DNA from: Eledone cirrhosa
Lineage: Eukaryota
Direction: 5' to 3'
NCBI GenBank assembly: GCA_964016885.1
Contig: OZ024744.1
Coordinates: forward strand, 9,176,001-9,240,000
DNA: 64,000 nucleotides
Both the position numbers and the translations under genes were made by a program. This document shows positions 43,401-58,400 of the stretch, piece by piece. How positions within the stretch are numbered: position 1 is the stretch's first letter; the number at the start of each line of letters is the position of its first letter. The notes under the pieces are model-generated. The model did no database searches, had not been told where the DNA came from, and saw only the letters and a list, made by a program, of their open reading frames with translations.

Positions 43401-46400
43401 TGTCTACAACAACAACAGCGGCAAAAATGTCTACAACAACAACAACACCGGCACCAATGTCTACAACAACAACAACAGCGGCACCAATGTCTACAACAAC
43501 AACAACAACACCGGCATCAATGTCTACAACAACAACAACACCGGCACCAACGTCTACAACAACAACAACAGGGGCACCAATGTCTACAACAACAATAACA
43601 CCGGCACCAATGTCTACAACAACAACAACAGCGGCACCAATGTCTACAACAACAACAACAGGGGCACCAATGTCTACAACAACAACAACAGCGGCACCAG
43701 TGTCTACAACAACAACAGCGGCACCAATGTCTACAACAACAACAACACCGGCACCAATGTCTACAACAACAACAACAGCGGCACCAATGTCTACAACAAC
43801 AACAACACCGGCACCAATATCTACAACAACAACAACAGCGGCACCAGTGTCTACAACAACAACAACAGGGGCACCAACGTCTACAACAACAACAACAGGG
43901 GCACCAATGTCTACAACAACAACAACAGCGGCACCAATGTCTACAACAACAACAACAGCGGCACCAATGTCTACAACAACAACAACAGCGGCACCAATGT
44001 CTACAACAACAACAACAGCGGCACCAATGTCTACAACAACAACAACAACAGCGGCACCAATGTCTACAACAACAACAACAGCGGCACCAATGTCTACAAC
44101 AACAACAACAGCGGCACCAATGTCTACAACAACAACAACAGCGGCACCAATGTCTACAACAACAACAACAACAGCGGCACCAATGTCTACAACAACAACA
44201 ACAGCGGCACCAATGTCTACAACAACAACAACAACAGCGGCACCAATGTCTACAACAACAACAACAACACCGGCACCAATATCTACAACAACAACAACAC
44301 CGGCACCAATGTCTACAACAACAACAACAGCGGCACCAATGTCTACAACAACAACAACAACACCGGCACCAATATCTACAACAACAACAACAACAGCGGC
44401 ACCAATGTCTACAACAACAACAACAACAACAACAGCGGCACCAATGTCTACAACAACAACAACACCGGCACCAATGTCTACAACAACAACGGCACCAATG
44501 TCTACAACAACAACAACAGCGGCACCAATGTCTACAACAACAACAACACCGGCACCAATGTCTACAACAACAACAACAGCGGCACCAATGCCTACAACAA
44601 CAACAACAGCGGCACCAATGTCTACAACAACAACAACAGCGGCACCAATGTCTACAACAACAACAACAGCGGCACCAATGTCTACAACAACAACAGCGGC
44701 ACCAATGTCTACAACAACAACAACAGCGGCACCAATATCTACAACAACAACAACAGCGGCACCAATGTCTACAACAACAACAACACCAGCACCAATGTCT
44801 ACAACAACAACAACAGCAGCACCAATGTCTACAACAACAACAACAGCGGCACCAATGTCTACAACAACAACAACACCGGCACCAATGTCTACAACAACAA
44901 CAACAACAGCGGCACCAACGTCTACAACAACAACATCAGCGGCACCAATGTCTACAACAACAACAACAGCGGCACCAATGTCTACATAAACAACAACAGC
45001 GGCACCAATGTCTACAACAACAACAACAGCGGCACCAATGTCTACAACAACAACAACAGTGGCACCAATGTCTACAACAACAACAACAGCGGCACCAATG
45101 TCTACAACAACAACAACAGCGGCGCCAATGTCTACAACAACAACAACAACAGCGGCACCAATGTCTACAACAACAACAACAACAGCGGCACCAATATCTA
45201 CAACAACAACAACACCGGCACCAATATCTACAACAACAACAACACCGGCACCAATGTCTACAACAACAACAACAACAGCGGCACCAATGTCTACAACAAC
45301 AACAACAGCGGCACCAATGTCTACAACAACAACAACAGCGGCACCAATGTCTACAACAACAACAACAGCGGCACCAATGTCTACAACAACAACAACACCG
45401 GCACCAATGTCTACAACAACAACAGTGGCACCAATGTCTACAACAACAACAACAGCGGCACCAATGTCTACAACAACAACAACAGCGGCACCAATGTCTA
45501 CAACAACAACAACACCGGCACCAATGTCTACAACAACAACAGTGGCACCAATGTCTACAACAACAGCAACAACAGCGGCACCAATGTCTACAACAACAAC
45601 AACAGCGGCACCAATGTCTACAACAACAGCAACAGCGGCACCAATGTCTACAACAACAACAACAGCGGCACCAATGTCTACAACAACAACAACAGCGGCA
45701 CCAATGTCTACAACAACAACAACAGCGGCACCAATGTCTACAACAACAACAACAGCGGCACCAATGTCTACAACAACAACAACAGCGGCACCAATGTCTA
45801 CAACAACAACAACAGCGGCACCAATGTCTACAACAACAGCAACAGCGGCACCAATGTCTACAACAACAGCAACAGCGGCACCAATGTCTACAACAACAAC
45901 AACAGCGGCACCAATATCTACAACACCAACAACAGCGGCACCAATGTCTACAACAACAACAACAGCGGCACCAATGTCTACAACAACAACAACAGCGGCA
46001 CCAATGTCTACAACAACAACAACAACACCGGCACCAATGTCTACAACAACAACAACAGCGGCACCAATGTCTACAACAACAACAACAACACCGGCACCAA
46101 AGTCTACAACAACAACAACAGCGGCACCAATATCTACAACAACAACAACAGCGGCACCAATGTCTACAACAACAACAACACCGGCACCAATGTCTACAAC
46201 AACAACAACAGCGGCACCAATGTCTACAACAACAACAACAGCGGCACCAACGTCTACAACAACAACAACAGCGGCACCAGTGTCTACAAAAACAACAACA
46301 GCGGCACCAATGTCTACAACAACAACAACAGCGGCACCAATGTCTACAACAACAACAACAACAGCAGCACCAATGTCTACAACAACAACAACAGCGGCAC

Positions 46401-49400
46401 CAATGTCTACAACAACAACAACAACAGCAGCACCAATGTCTACAACAACAACAACAACTCCGGCACCAATGTCTACAACAACAACAGCGGCACCAATGTC
46501 TACAACAACAACAACAGCGGCACCAATGTCTACAACAACAACAACAGCGGCACCAATGTCTACAACAACAACAACACCGGCACCAATGTCTACAACAACA
46601 ACAACAACACCGGCACCAATGTCTACAACAACAACAACAGCGGCACCAATGTCTACAACAACAACAACACCGGCACCAATGTCTACAACAACAACAGTGG
46701 CACCAATGTCTACAACAACAACAACACCGGCACCAATGTCTACAACAACAACAACACCGGCACCAATGTCTACAACAACAACAACAACAACAGCAGCACC
46801 AATGTCTACAACAACAACAACAACTCCGGCACCAATGTCTACAACAACAACAGCGGCACCAATGTCTACAACAACAACAACGGCGGCACCAATGTCTACA
46901 ACAACAACAACAACAGCGTTACCAATGTCTACAACAACAACAACAGCGGCACCAATGTCTACAACAACAACAACAGCGGCACCAATGTCTACAACAACAA
47001 CAACAACACCGGCACCAATGTCTACAACAACAACAACAGCGGCACCAATGTCTACAACAACAACAACAACACCGGCACCAATGTCTACAACAACAACAAC
47101 AGCGGCACCAATGTCTACAACAACAGCAACAACAGCGGCACCAATGTCTACAACAACAACAGCGGCACCAATGTCTACAACAACAACAACAACACCGGCA
47201 CCAATGTCTACAACAACAACAACAGCGGCACCAATGTCTACAACAACAACAACAGCGGCATCAATGTCTACAACAACAACAACAGCGGCACCAATGTCTA
47301 CAACAACAGCAACAACAGCGGCACCAATGTCTACAACAACAACAATAACAGCGGCACCAATGTCTACAACAACAACAACAGCGGCACCAATGTCTACAAC
47401 AACAGCAACAACAACGGCACCAGTGTCTACAACAACAACAGCGGCACCAATGTCTACAACAACATCAACACCGGCACCAATGTCTACAACAACAACAACA
47501 GCGGCACCAATGTCTACAACAACAACAACAGCGGCACCAATGTCTACAACAACAACAACAGCGGCACCAATGTCTACAACAACAACAACAACAGCGGCAC
47601 CAATGTCTACAACAACAACAACAACACCGGCACCAATTTCTACAACAACAACAACAGCGGCACAAATGTCTACAACAACAACAACAGCGGCACCAATGTC
47701 TACAACAACAACAACACCGGCACCAATGTCTACAACAACAACAACAGCGGCACCAATGTCTACAACAACAACAACAGCGGCACCAATGTCTACAACAACA
47801 ACAACAACAACAACACCGGCACCAATGTCTACAACAACAACAACAGTGGCACCAATGTCTACAACAACAACAACAGCGGCACCAATGTCTACAACAACAA
47901 CAACAGTGGCACCAATGTCTACAACAACAACAACAGCGGCACCAATGTCTACAACAACAGCAACAACAGCGGCACCAGTGTCTACAACAACAACAGCGGC
48001 ACCAATGTCTACAACAACAACAACACCGGCACCAATGTCTACAACAACAACAACAACAGCGGCACCAATGTCTACAACAACAACAACAGCGGCACCAATG
48101 TCTACAACAACAACAACAGCGGCACCAATGTCTACAACAACAACAACAGCGGCACCAATGTCTACAACAACAACAACAGCGGCACCAATGTCTACAACAA
48201 CAACAACACCGGCACCAATGTCTACAACAACAACAACAACAGCGGCACCAATGTCTACAACAACAACAACAGCGGCACCAATGTCTACAACAACAACAAC
48301 ACCGGCACCAATGTCTACAACAACAACAACAGCGGCACCAATGTCTACAACAACAACAACAGCGGCACCAATGTCTACAACAACAACAACAGCGGCACCA
48401 ATGTCTACAACAACAACACCGGCACCAATGTCTACAACAACAACAACAGCGGCACTAATGTCTACAACAACAACAACAACAGCGGTACCAATGTCTACAA
48501 CAACAACAACAGCGGCACCAATGTCTACAACAACAACACGGGCACCAATGTCTACAACAACAACAACAGCGGCACCAATGTCTACAACAACAACAACACC
48601 GGCACCAATGTCTACAACAACAACAACAGCGGCACCAATGTCTACAACAACAACAACACCGGCACCAATGTCTACAACAACAACAACAGCGGCACCAATG
48701 TCTACAACAACAACAACAGCGGCACCAATGTCTACAACAACAACAACACAGGCAACAATGTCTACAACAACAACAACACAGGCACCAATGTCTACAACAA
48801 CAACAACAGCGGCACCAATGTCTACAACAACAACAACAGCGGCACCAATGTCTACAACAACAACAACAACAGCGGCACCAATGTCTACAACAACAACAAC
48901 ACCGGCACCAATGTCTACAACAACAACAACAGCGGCACCAATGTCTACAACAACAACAACAGCGGCACCAATGTCTACAACAACAACAACAGCGGCACCA
49001 ATGTCTACAACAACAACAACAGCGGCACCAATGTCTACAACAACAACAACAACAGCGGCACCAATGTCTACAACAACAACAACACAGGCACCAATGTCTA
49101 CAACAACAACAACACAGGCACCAATGTCTACAACAACAACAACACCGGCACCAATGTCTACAACAACAACATCAGCGGCACCAATGTCTACAACAACAAC
49201 AACACCGGCACCAACGTCTACAACAACAACAACAGCGGCACCAATGTCTACAACAACAACAACACCGGCACCAATATCTACAACAACAACAACAGCGGCA
49301 CCAATGTCTACAACAACAACAACAGCGGCACCAATGTCTACAACAACAACAACAACAGCGGCACCAATGTCTACAACAACAACAACAACACCGGCACCAA

Positions 49401-52400
49401 TGTCTACAACAACAGCAACAACAGCGGCACCAATGTCTACAACAACAACAACAACACCGGCACCAATGTCTACAACAACAACAACAACACCGGCACCAAT
49501 GTCTACAACAACAGCAACAACAGCGGCACCAATGTCTACAACAACAACAACAGCGGCACCAATGTCTACAACAACAACAACAACAACAACACCGGCACCA
49601 ATGTCTACAACAACAACAACAACAACAACACCGGCACCAATGTCTACAACAACAACAACAGTGGCACCAATGTCTACAACAACAACAACAGCGGCACCAA
49701 TGTCTACAACAACAACAACAGTGGCACCAATGTCTACAACAACAACAACAGCGGCACCAATGTCTACAACAACAACAACAACAGCGGCACGAATGTCTAC
49801 AACAACAACAACAACTCCGGCACCAATATCTACAACAACAACAACAACAGCGGCACCAATGTCTACAACAACAACAACAGCGGCACCAATGTCTACAACA
49901 ACAACAACAACAACAACACCGGCACCAATGTCTACAACAACAACAACAACAACAACACCGGCACCAATGTCTACAACAACAACAACAGTGGCACCAATGT
50001 CTACAACAACAACAACAGCGGCACCAATGTCTACAACAACAACAACAGTGGCACCAATGTCTACAACAACAACAACAGCGGCACCAATGTCTACAACAAC
50101 AACAACAGCGGCACGAATGTCTACAACAACAACAACAACTCCGGCACCAATATCTACAACAACAACAACAACACCGGCACCAATGTCTACAACAACAACA
50201 ACAGCGGCACCAATGTCTACAACAACAACAACAGCGGCACCAATGTCTACAACAACAACAACAACAACACCGGCACCAATGTCTACAACAACAACAACAC
50301 CGGCACCAATGTCTACAACAACAACAACAGCGGCACCAATGTCTACAACAACAACAACAACAGCGGCACCAATGTCTACAACAACAACAACAGCGGCACC
50401 AATGTCTACAACAACAACAACAACAGCGGCACCAATGTCTACAACAACAACAACAACAGCGGCACCAATGTCTACAACAACAACAACAACACCGGCACCA
50501 ATGTCTACAACAACAGCAACAACAGCGGCACCAATGTCTACAACAACAACAACAACACCGGCACCAATGTCTACAACAACAACAACAACACCGGCACCAA
50601 TGTCTACAACAACAACAACAACACCGGCACCAATGTCTACAACAACAACAACAGCGGCACCAATGTCTACAACAACAACAACAACAGCGGCACCAATGTC
50701 TACAACAACAACAACAACAGCGGCACCAATGTCTACAACAACAACAACAACACCGGCACCAATGTCTACAACAACAACAACAGCGGCACCAATGTCTACA
50801 ACAACAACAACAACAGCGGCACCAATGTCTACAACAACAACAACAACAACAACAGCGGCACCAATGTCTACAACAACAACAACAACAGCGGCACCAATGT
50901 CTACAACAACAACAACAACAGCGGCACCAATGTCTACAACAACAACAACGACACCGGCACCAATGTCTACAACAACAACAACAACAGCGGCACCAATGTC
51001 TACAACAACAACAACAGCGGCACCAATGTCTACAACAACAACAACAACAACAACAGCGGCACCAATGTCTACAACAACAACAACAACAGCGGCACCAATG
51101 TCTACAACAACAACAATAACAGCGGCACCAATGTCTACAACAACAACAACAGCGGCACCAATGTCTACAACAACAACAACAACACCGGCACCAATGTCTA
51201 CAACAACAATAACAACAGCGGCACCAATGTCTACAACAACAACAACAACACCGGCACCAATGTCTACAACAACAACAACAGCGGCACCAATGTCTACAAC
51301 AACAACAACAACAGCGGCACCAATGTCTACAACAACAACAACAACAGCGGCACCAATGTCTACAACAACAACAACAACAGCGGCACCAATGTCTACAACA
51401 ACAACAACAACAGCGGCACCAATGTCTACAACAACAACAACAACACCGGCACCAATGTCTACAACAACAACAACAGCGGCACCAATGTCTACAACAACAA
51501 CAACAGCGGCACCAATGTCTACAACAACAACAACAACAACAACAGCGGCACCAATGTCTACAACAACAACAACAACAACAACAGCGGCACCAATGTCTAC
51601 AACAACAACAACAACAGCGGCACCAATGTCTACAACAACAACAATAACAGCGGCACCAATGTCTACAACAACAACAATAACAGCGGCACCAATGTCTACA
51701 ACAACAACAACAACAACAACAGCGGCACCAATGTCTACAACAACAACAACAGCGGCACCAATGTCTACAACAACAACAACAACACCGGCACCAATGTCTA
51801 CAACAACAATAACAACAGCGGCACCAATGTCTACAACAACAACAACAACACCGGCACCAATGTCTACAACAACAACAACAGCGGCACCAATGTCTACAAC
51901 AACAACAACAACAGCGGCACCAATGTCTACAACAACAACAACAACAGCGGCACCAATGTCTACAACAACAACAACAACAGCGGCACCAATGTCTACAACA
52001 ACAACAACAACAGCGGCACCAATGTCTACAACAACAACAACAACACCGGCACCAATGTCTACAACAACAACAACAACACCGGCACCAATGTCTACAACAA
52101 CAACAACAACAACAACAGCGGCACCAATGTCTACAACAACAACAACAACAACAGCGGCACCAATGTCTACAACAACAACAACAACAGCGGCACCAATGTC
52201 TACAACAACAACAACAACAACAACAGCGGCACCAATGTCTACAACAACAACAACAACAGCGGCACCAATGTCTACAACAACAACAACAACACCGGCACCA
52301 ATGTCTACAACAACAACAAAAGCGGCACCAATGTCTACAACAACAACAACAACACCGGCACCAATGTCTACAACAACAACAACAACAGCGGCACCAATGT

Positions 52401-55400
52401 CTACAACAACAACAACAGCGGCACCAATGTCTACAACAACAACAACAACAGCGGCACCAATGTCTACAACAACAACAACAACACCGGCACCAATGTCTAC
52501 AACAACAACAACAACAGTGGCACCAATGTCTACAACAACAACAACAGCGGCACCAATGTCTACAACAACAACAACAACACCGGCACCAATGTCTACAACA
52601 ACAACAACAACAGCGGCACCAATGTCTACAACAACAACAACAGCGGCACCAATGTCTACAACAACAACAACAACAGCGGCACCAATGTCTACAACAACAA
52701 CAACAACAACAACAGCGGCACCAATGTCTACAACAACAACAACAACACCGGCACCAATGTCTACAACAACAACAACAACAGCGGCACCAATGTCTACAAC
52801 AACAACAACAGCGGCACCAATGTCTACAACAACAACAACAACAACAACAGCGGCACCAATGTCTACAACAACAACAACAACAGCGGCACCAATGTCTACA
52901 ACAACAACAATAACAGCGGCACCAATGTCTACAACAACAACAACAGCGGCACCAATGTCTACAACAACAACAACAACACCGGCACCAATGTCTACAACAA
53001 CAATAACAACAGCGGCACCAATGTCTACAACAACAACAACAACACCGGCACCAATGTCTACAACAACAACAATAACGGCACCAATGTCTACAACAACAAC
53101 AACAACAGCGGCACCAATGTCTACAACAACAACAACAACAGCGGCACCAATGTCTACAACAACAACAACAACAGCGGCACCAATGTCTACAACAACAACA
53201 ACAACAGCGGCACCAATGTCTACAACAACAACAACAACACCGGCACCAATGTCTACAACAACAACAACAGCGGCACCAATGTCTACAACAACAACAACAG
53301 CGGCACCAATGTCTACAACAACAACAACAACAACAACAGCGGCACCAATGTCTACAACAACAACAACAACAACAACAGCGGCACCAATGTCTACAACAAC
53401 AACAACAACAGCGGCACCAATGTCTACAACAACAACAATAACAGCGGCACCAATGTCTACAACAACAACAATAACAGCGGCACCAATGTCTACAACAACA
53501 ACAACAACAATAACAGCGGCACCAATGTCTACAACAACAACAACAGCGGCACCAATGTCTACAACAACAACAACAACACCGGCACCAATGTCTACAACAA
53601 CAATAACAACAGCGGCACCAATGTCTACAACAACAACAACAACACCGGCACCAATGTCTACAACAACAACAACAGCGGCACCAATGTCTACAACAACAAC
53701 AACAACAGCGGCACCAATGTCTACAACAACAACAACAACAGCGGCACCAATGTCTACAACAACAACAACAACAGCGGCACCAATGTCTACAACAACAACA
53801 ACAACAGCGGCACCAATGTCTACAACAACAACAACAACACCGGCACCAATGTCTACAACAACAACAACAACACCGGCACCAATGTCTACAACAACAACAA
53901 CAGCAACAACAGCGGCACCAATGTCTACAACAACAACAACAACAACAGCGGCACCAATGTCTACAACAACAACAACAACAGCGGCACCAATGTCTACAAC
54001 AACAACAACAACAACAACAGCGGCACCAATGTCTACAACAACAACAACAACAGCGGCACCAATGTCTACAACAACAACAACAACACCGGCACCAATGTCT
54101 ACAACAACAACAAAAGCGGCACCAAGGTCTACAACAACAACAACAACACCGGCACCAATGTCTACAACAACAACAACAACAGCGGCACCAATGTCTACAA
54201 CAACAACAACAGCGGCACCAATGTCTACAACAACAACAACAACAGCGGCACCAATGTCTACAACAACAACAACAACACCGGCACCAATGTCTACAACAAC
54301 AACAACAACAGTGGCACCAATGTCTACAACAACAACAACAGCGGCACCAATGTCTACAACAACAACAACAACACCGGCACCAATGTCTACAACAACAACA
54401 ACAACAGCGGCACCAATGTCTACAACAACAACAACAGCGGCACCAATGTCTACAACAACAACAACAACAGCGGCACCAATGTCTACAACAACAACAACAA
54501 CAACAACAGCGGCACCAATGTCTACAACAACAACAACAACACCGGCACCAATGTCTACAACAACAACAACAGCGGCACCAATGTCTACAACAACAACAAC
54601 AACAGCGGCACCAATGTCTACAACAACAACAACAACAACAACAGCGGCACCAATGTCTACAACAACAACAACAACACCGGCACCAATGTCTACAACAACA
54701 ACAACAGCGGCACCAATGTCTACAACAACAACAACAACACCGGCACCAATGTCTACAACAACTACAACAACAGCAGCACCAAGGTCTACAACAACAACAA
54801 CAACTCCGGCACCAATGTCTACAACAACAACAGCGGCACCAATGTCTACAACAACAACAACAGCGGCACCAATGTCTACAACAACAACAACAGCGGCACC
54901 AATGTCTACAACAACAACAACACCGGCACCAATGTCTACAACAACAACAACAACACCGGCACCAATGTCTACAACAACAACAACAGCGGCACCAATGTCT
55001 ACAACAACAACAACACCGGCACCAATGTCTACAACAACAACAGTGGCACCAATGTCTACAACAACAACAACAACACCGGCACCAATGTCTACAACAACAA
55101 CAACACCGGCACCAATGTCTACAACAACAACAACAACAGCAGCACCAATGTCTACAACAACAACTCCGGCACCAATGTCTACAACAACAACAGCGGCACC
55201 AATGTCTACAACAACAACAACAGCGGCACCAATGTCTACAACAACAACAACAGCGGCACCAATGTCTACCACAACAACAACAGCGGCACCAATGTCTACA
55301 ACAACAACAACAGCGGCACCAATGTCTACAACAACAACAACAACACCGGCACCAATGTCTACAACAACAACAACAGCGGCACCAATGTCTACAACAACAA

Positions 55401-58400
55401 CAACAACACCGGCACCAATGTCTACAACAACAACAACAGCGGCACCAATGTCTACAACAACAGCAACAACAGCGGCACCAATGTCTACAACAACAACAGC
55501 GGCACCAATGTCTACAACAACAACAACAACACCGGCACCAATGTCTACAACAACAACAACAGCGGCACCAATGTCTACAACAACAACAACAGCGGCACCA
55601 ATGTCTACAACAACAACAACAGCGGCACCAATGTCTACAACAACAACAACAACAGCGGCACCAATGTCTACAACAACAACAGCGGCACCAATGTCTACAA
55701 CAACAACAATAACAGCGGCACCAATGTCTACAACAACAACAACAGCGGCACCAATGTCTACAACAACAGCAACAACAGCGGCACCAGTGTCTACAACAAC
55801 AACAGCGGCACCAATGTCTACAACAACATCAACACCGGCACCAATGTCTACAACAACAACAACAGCGGCACCAATGTCTACAACAACAACAACAGCGGCA
55901 CCAATGTCTACAACAACAACAACAGCGGCACCAATGTCTACAACAACAACAACAACAGCGGCACCAATGTCTACAACAACAACAACAACACCGGCATCAA
56001 TGTCTACAACAACAACAACAGCGGCACCAATGTCTACAACAACAACAACACCGGCACCAATGTCTACAACAACAACAACAGCGGCTCCAATGTCTACAAC
56101 AACAACAACAGCGGCACCAATGTCTACAACAACAACAACAACAGCGGCACCAATGTCTACAACAACAACAACAACAACGGCACCAATGTCTACAACAACA
56201 ACAACAGCGGCACCAATGTCTACAACAACAACAACAACACCGGCACCAATGTCTACAACAACAACAACAGCGGCACCAATGTCTACAACAACAGCAACAA
56301 CAGCGGCACCAGTGTCTACAACAACAACAGCGGCACCAATGTCTACAACAACAACAACACCGGCACCAATGTCTACAACAACAACAACAACAGCGGCACC
56401 AATGTCTACAACAACAACAACAGCGGCACCAATGTCTACAACAACAACAACAGCGGCACCAATGTCTACAACAACAACAACAGCGGCACCAATGTCTACA
56501 ACAACAACAACACCGGCACCAATGTCTACAACAACAACAACAACAGCGGCACCAATGTCTACAACAACAACAACAGCGGCACCAATGTCTACAACAACAA
56601 CAACACCGGCACCAATGTCTACAACAACAACAACAGCGGCACCAATGTCTACAACAACAACAACAGCGGCACCAATGTCTACAACAACAACAACAGCGGC
56701 ACCAATGTCTACAACAACAACACCGGCACCAATGTCTACAACAACAACAACAGCGGCACTAATGTCTACAACAACAACAACAACAGCGGCACCAATGTCT
56801 ACAACAACAACACGGGCACCAATGTCTACAACAACAACAACAGCGGCACCAATGTCTACAACAACAACAAAACCGGCACCAATGTCTACAACAACAACAA
56901 CAGCGGCACCAATGTCTACAACAACAACAACACCGGCACCAATGTCTACAACAACAACAACAGCGGCACCAATGTCTACAACAACAACAACAGCGGCACC
57001 AATGTCTACAACAACAACAACACAGGCACCAATGTCTACAACAACAACAACACAGGCACCAATGTCTACAACAACAACAACAACAGCGACACCAATGTCT
57101 ACAACAACAACAACAGCGGCACCAATGTCTACAACAACAACAACAACAACAGCGGCACCAATGTCTACAACAACAACAACACCGGCACCAATGTCTACAA
57201 CAACAACGGCACCAATGTCTACAACAACAACAACAGCGCACCAATGTCTACAACAACAACAACACCGGCACCAATGTCTACAACAACAACAACAGCGGCA
57301 CCAATGCCTACAACAACAACAACAGCGGCACCAATGTCTACAACAACAACAACAGCGGCACCAATGTCTACAACAACAACAACAGCGGCACCAATGTCTA
57401 CAACAACAACAACAGCGGCACCAATGTCTACAACAACAACAACAGCGGCACCAATATCTACAACAACAACAACAGCGGCACCAATGTCTACAACAACAAC
57501 AACAGGCACCAAGTCTACAACAACAACAGCGGCACCAATGTCTAAACAACAACAGAACAACCAGCACCAATGTCTACAACAACAACAACAGCAGCACCAA
57601 TGTCTACAACAACAACAACAGCGGCACCAATGTCTACAACAACAGCAACAACAGCGGCACCAATGTCTACAACAACAACAGCGGCAAAAATGTCTACAAC
57701 AACAACAACACCGGCACCAATGTCTACAACAACAACAACAGCGGCACCAATGTCTACAACAACAACAACAACACCGGCATCAATGTCTACAACAACAACA
57801 ACACCGGCACCAACGTCTACAACAACAACAACAGGGGCACCAATGTCTACAACAACAATAACACCGGCACCAATGTCTACAACAACAACAACAGCGGCAC
57901 CAATGTCTACAACAACAACAACAGGGGCACCAATGTCTACAACAACAACAACAGCGGCACCAGTGTCTACAACAACAACAGCGGCACCAATGTCTACAAC
58001 AACAACAACACCGGCACCAATGTCTACAACAACAACAACAGCGGCACCAATGTCTACAACAACAACAACACCGGCACCAATATCTACAACAACAACAACA
58101 GCGGCACCAGTGTCTACAACAACAACAACAGGGGCACCAACGTCTACAACAACAACAACAGGGGCACCAATGTCTACAACAACAACAACAGCGGCACCAA
58201 TGTCTACAACAACAACAACAGCGGCACCAATGTCTACAACAACAACAACAGCGGCACCAATGTCTACAACAACAACAACAGCGGCACCAATGTCTACAAC
58301 AACAACAACAACAGCGGCACCAATGTCTACAACAACAACAACAGCGGCACCAATGTCTACAACAACAACAACAACAGCGGCACCAATGTCTACAACAACA

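Noticed and set aside
13378-57570. 14,730-aa poly-Val ORF on the minus strand
   Set aside because: Antisense shadow of a stop-free triplet repeat; no unique domain, and its start arises from local indels.
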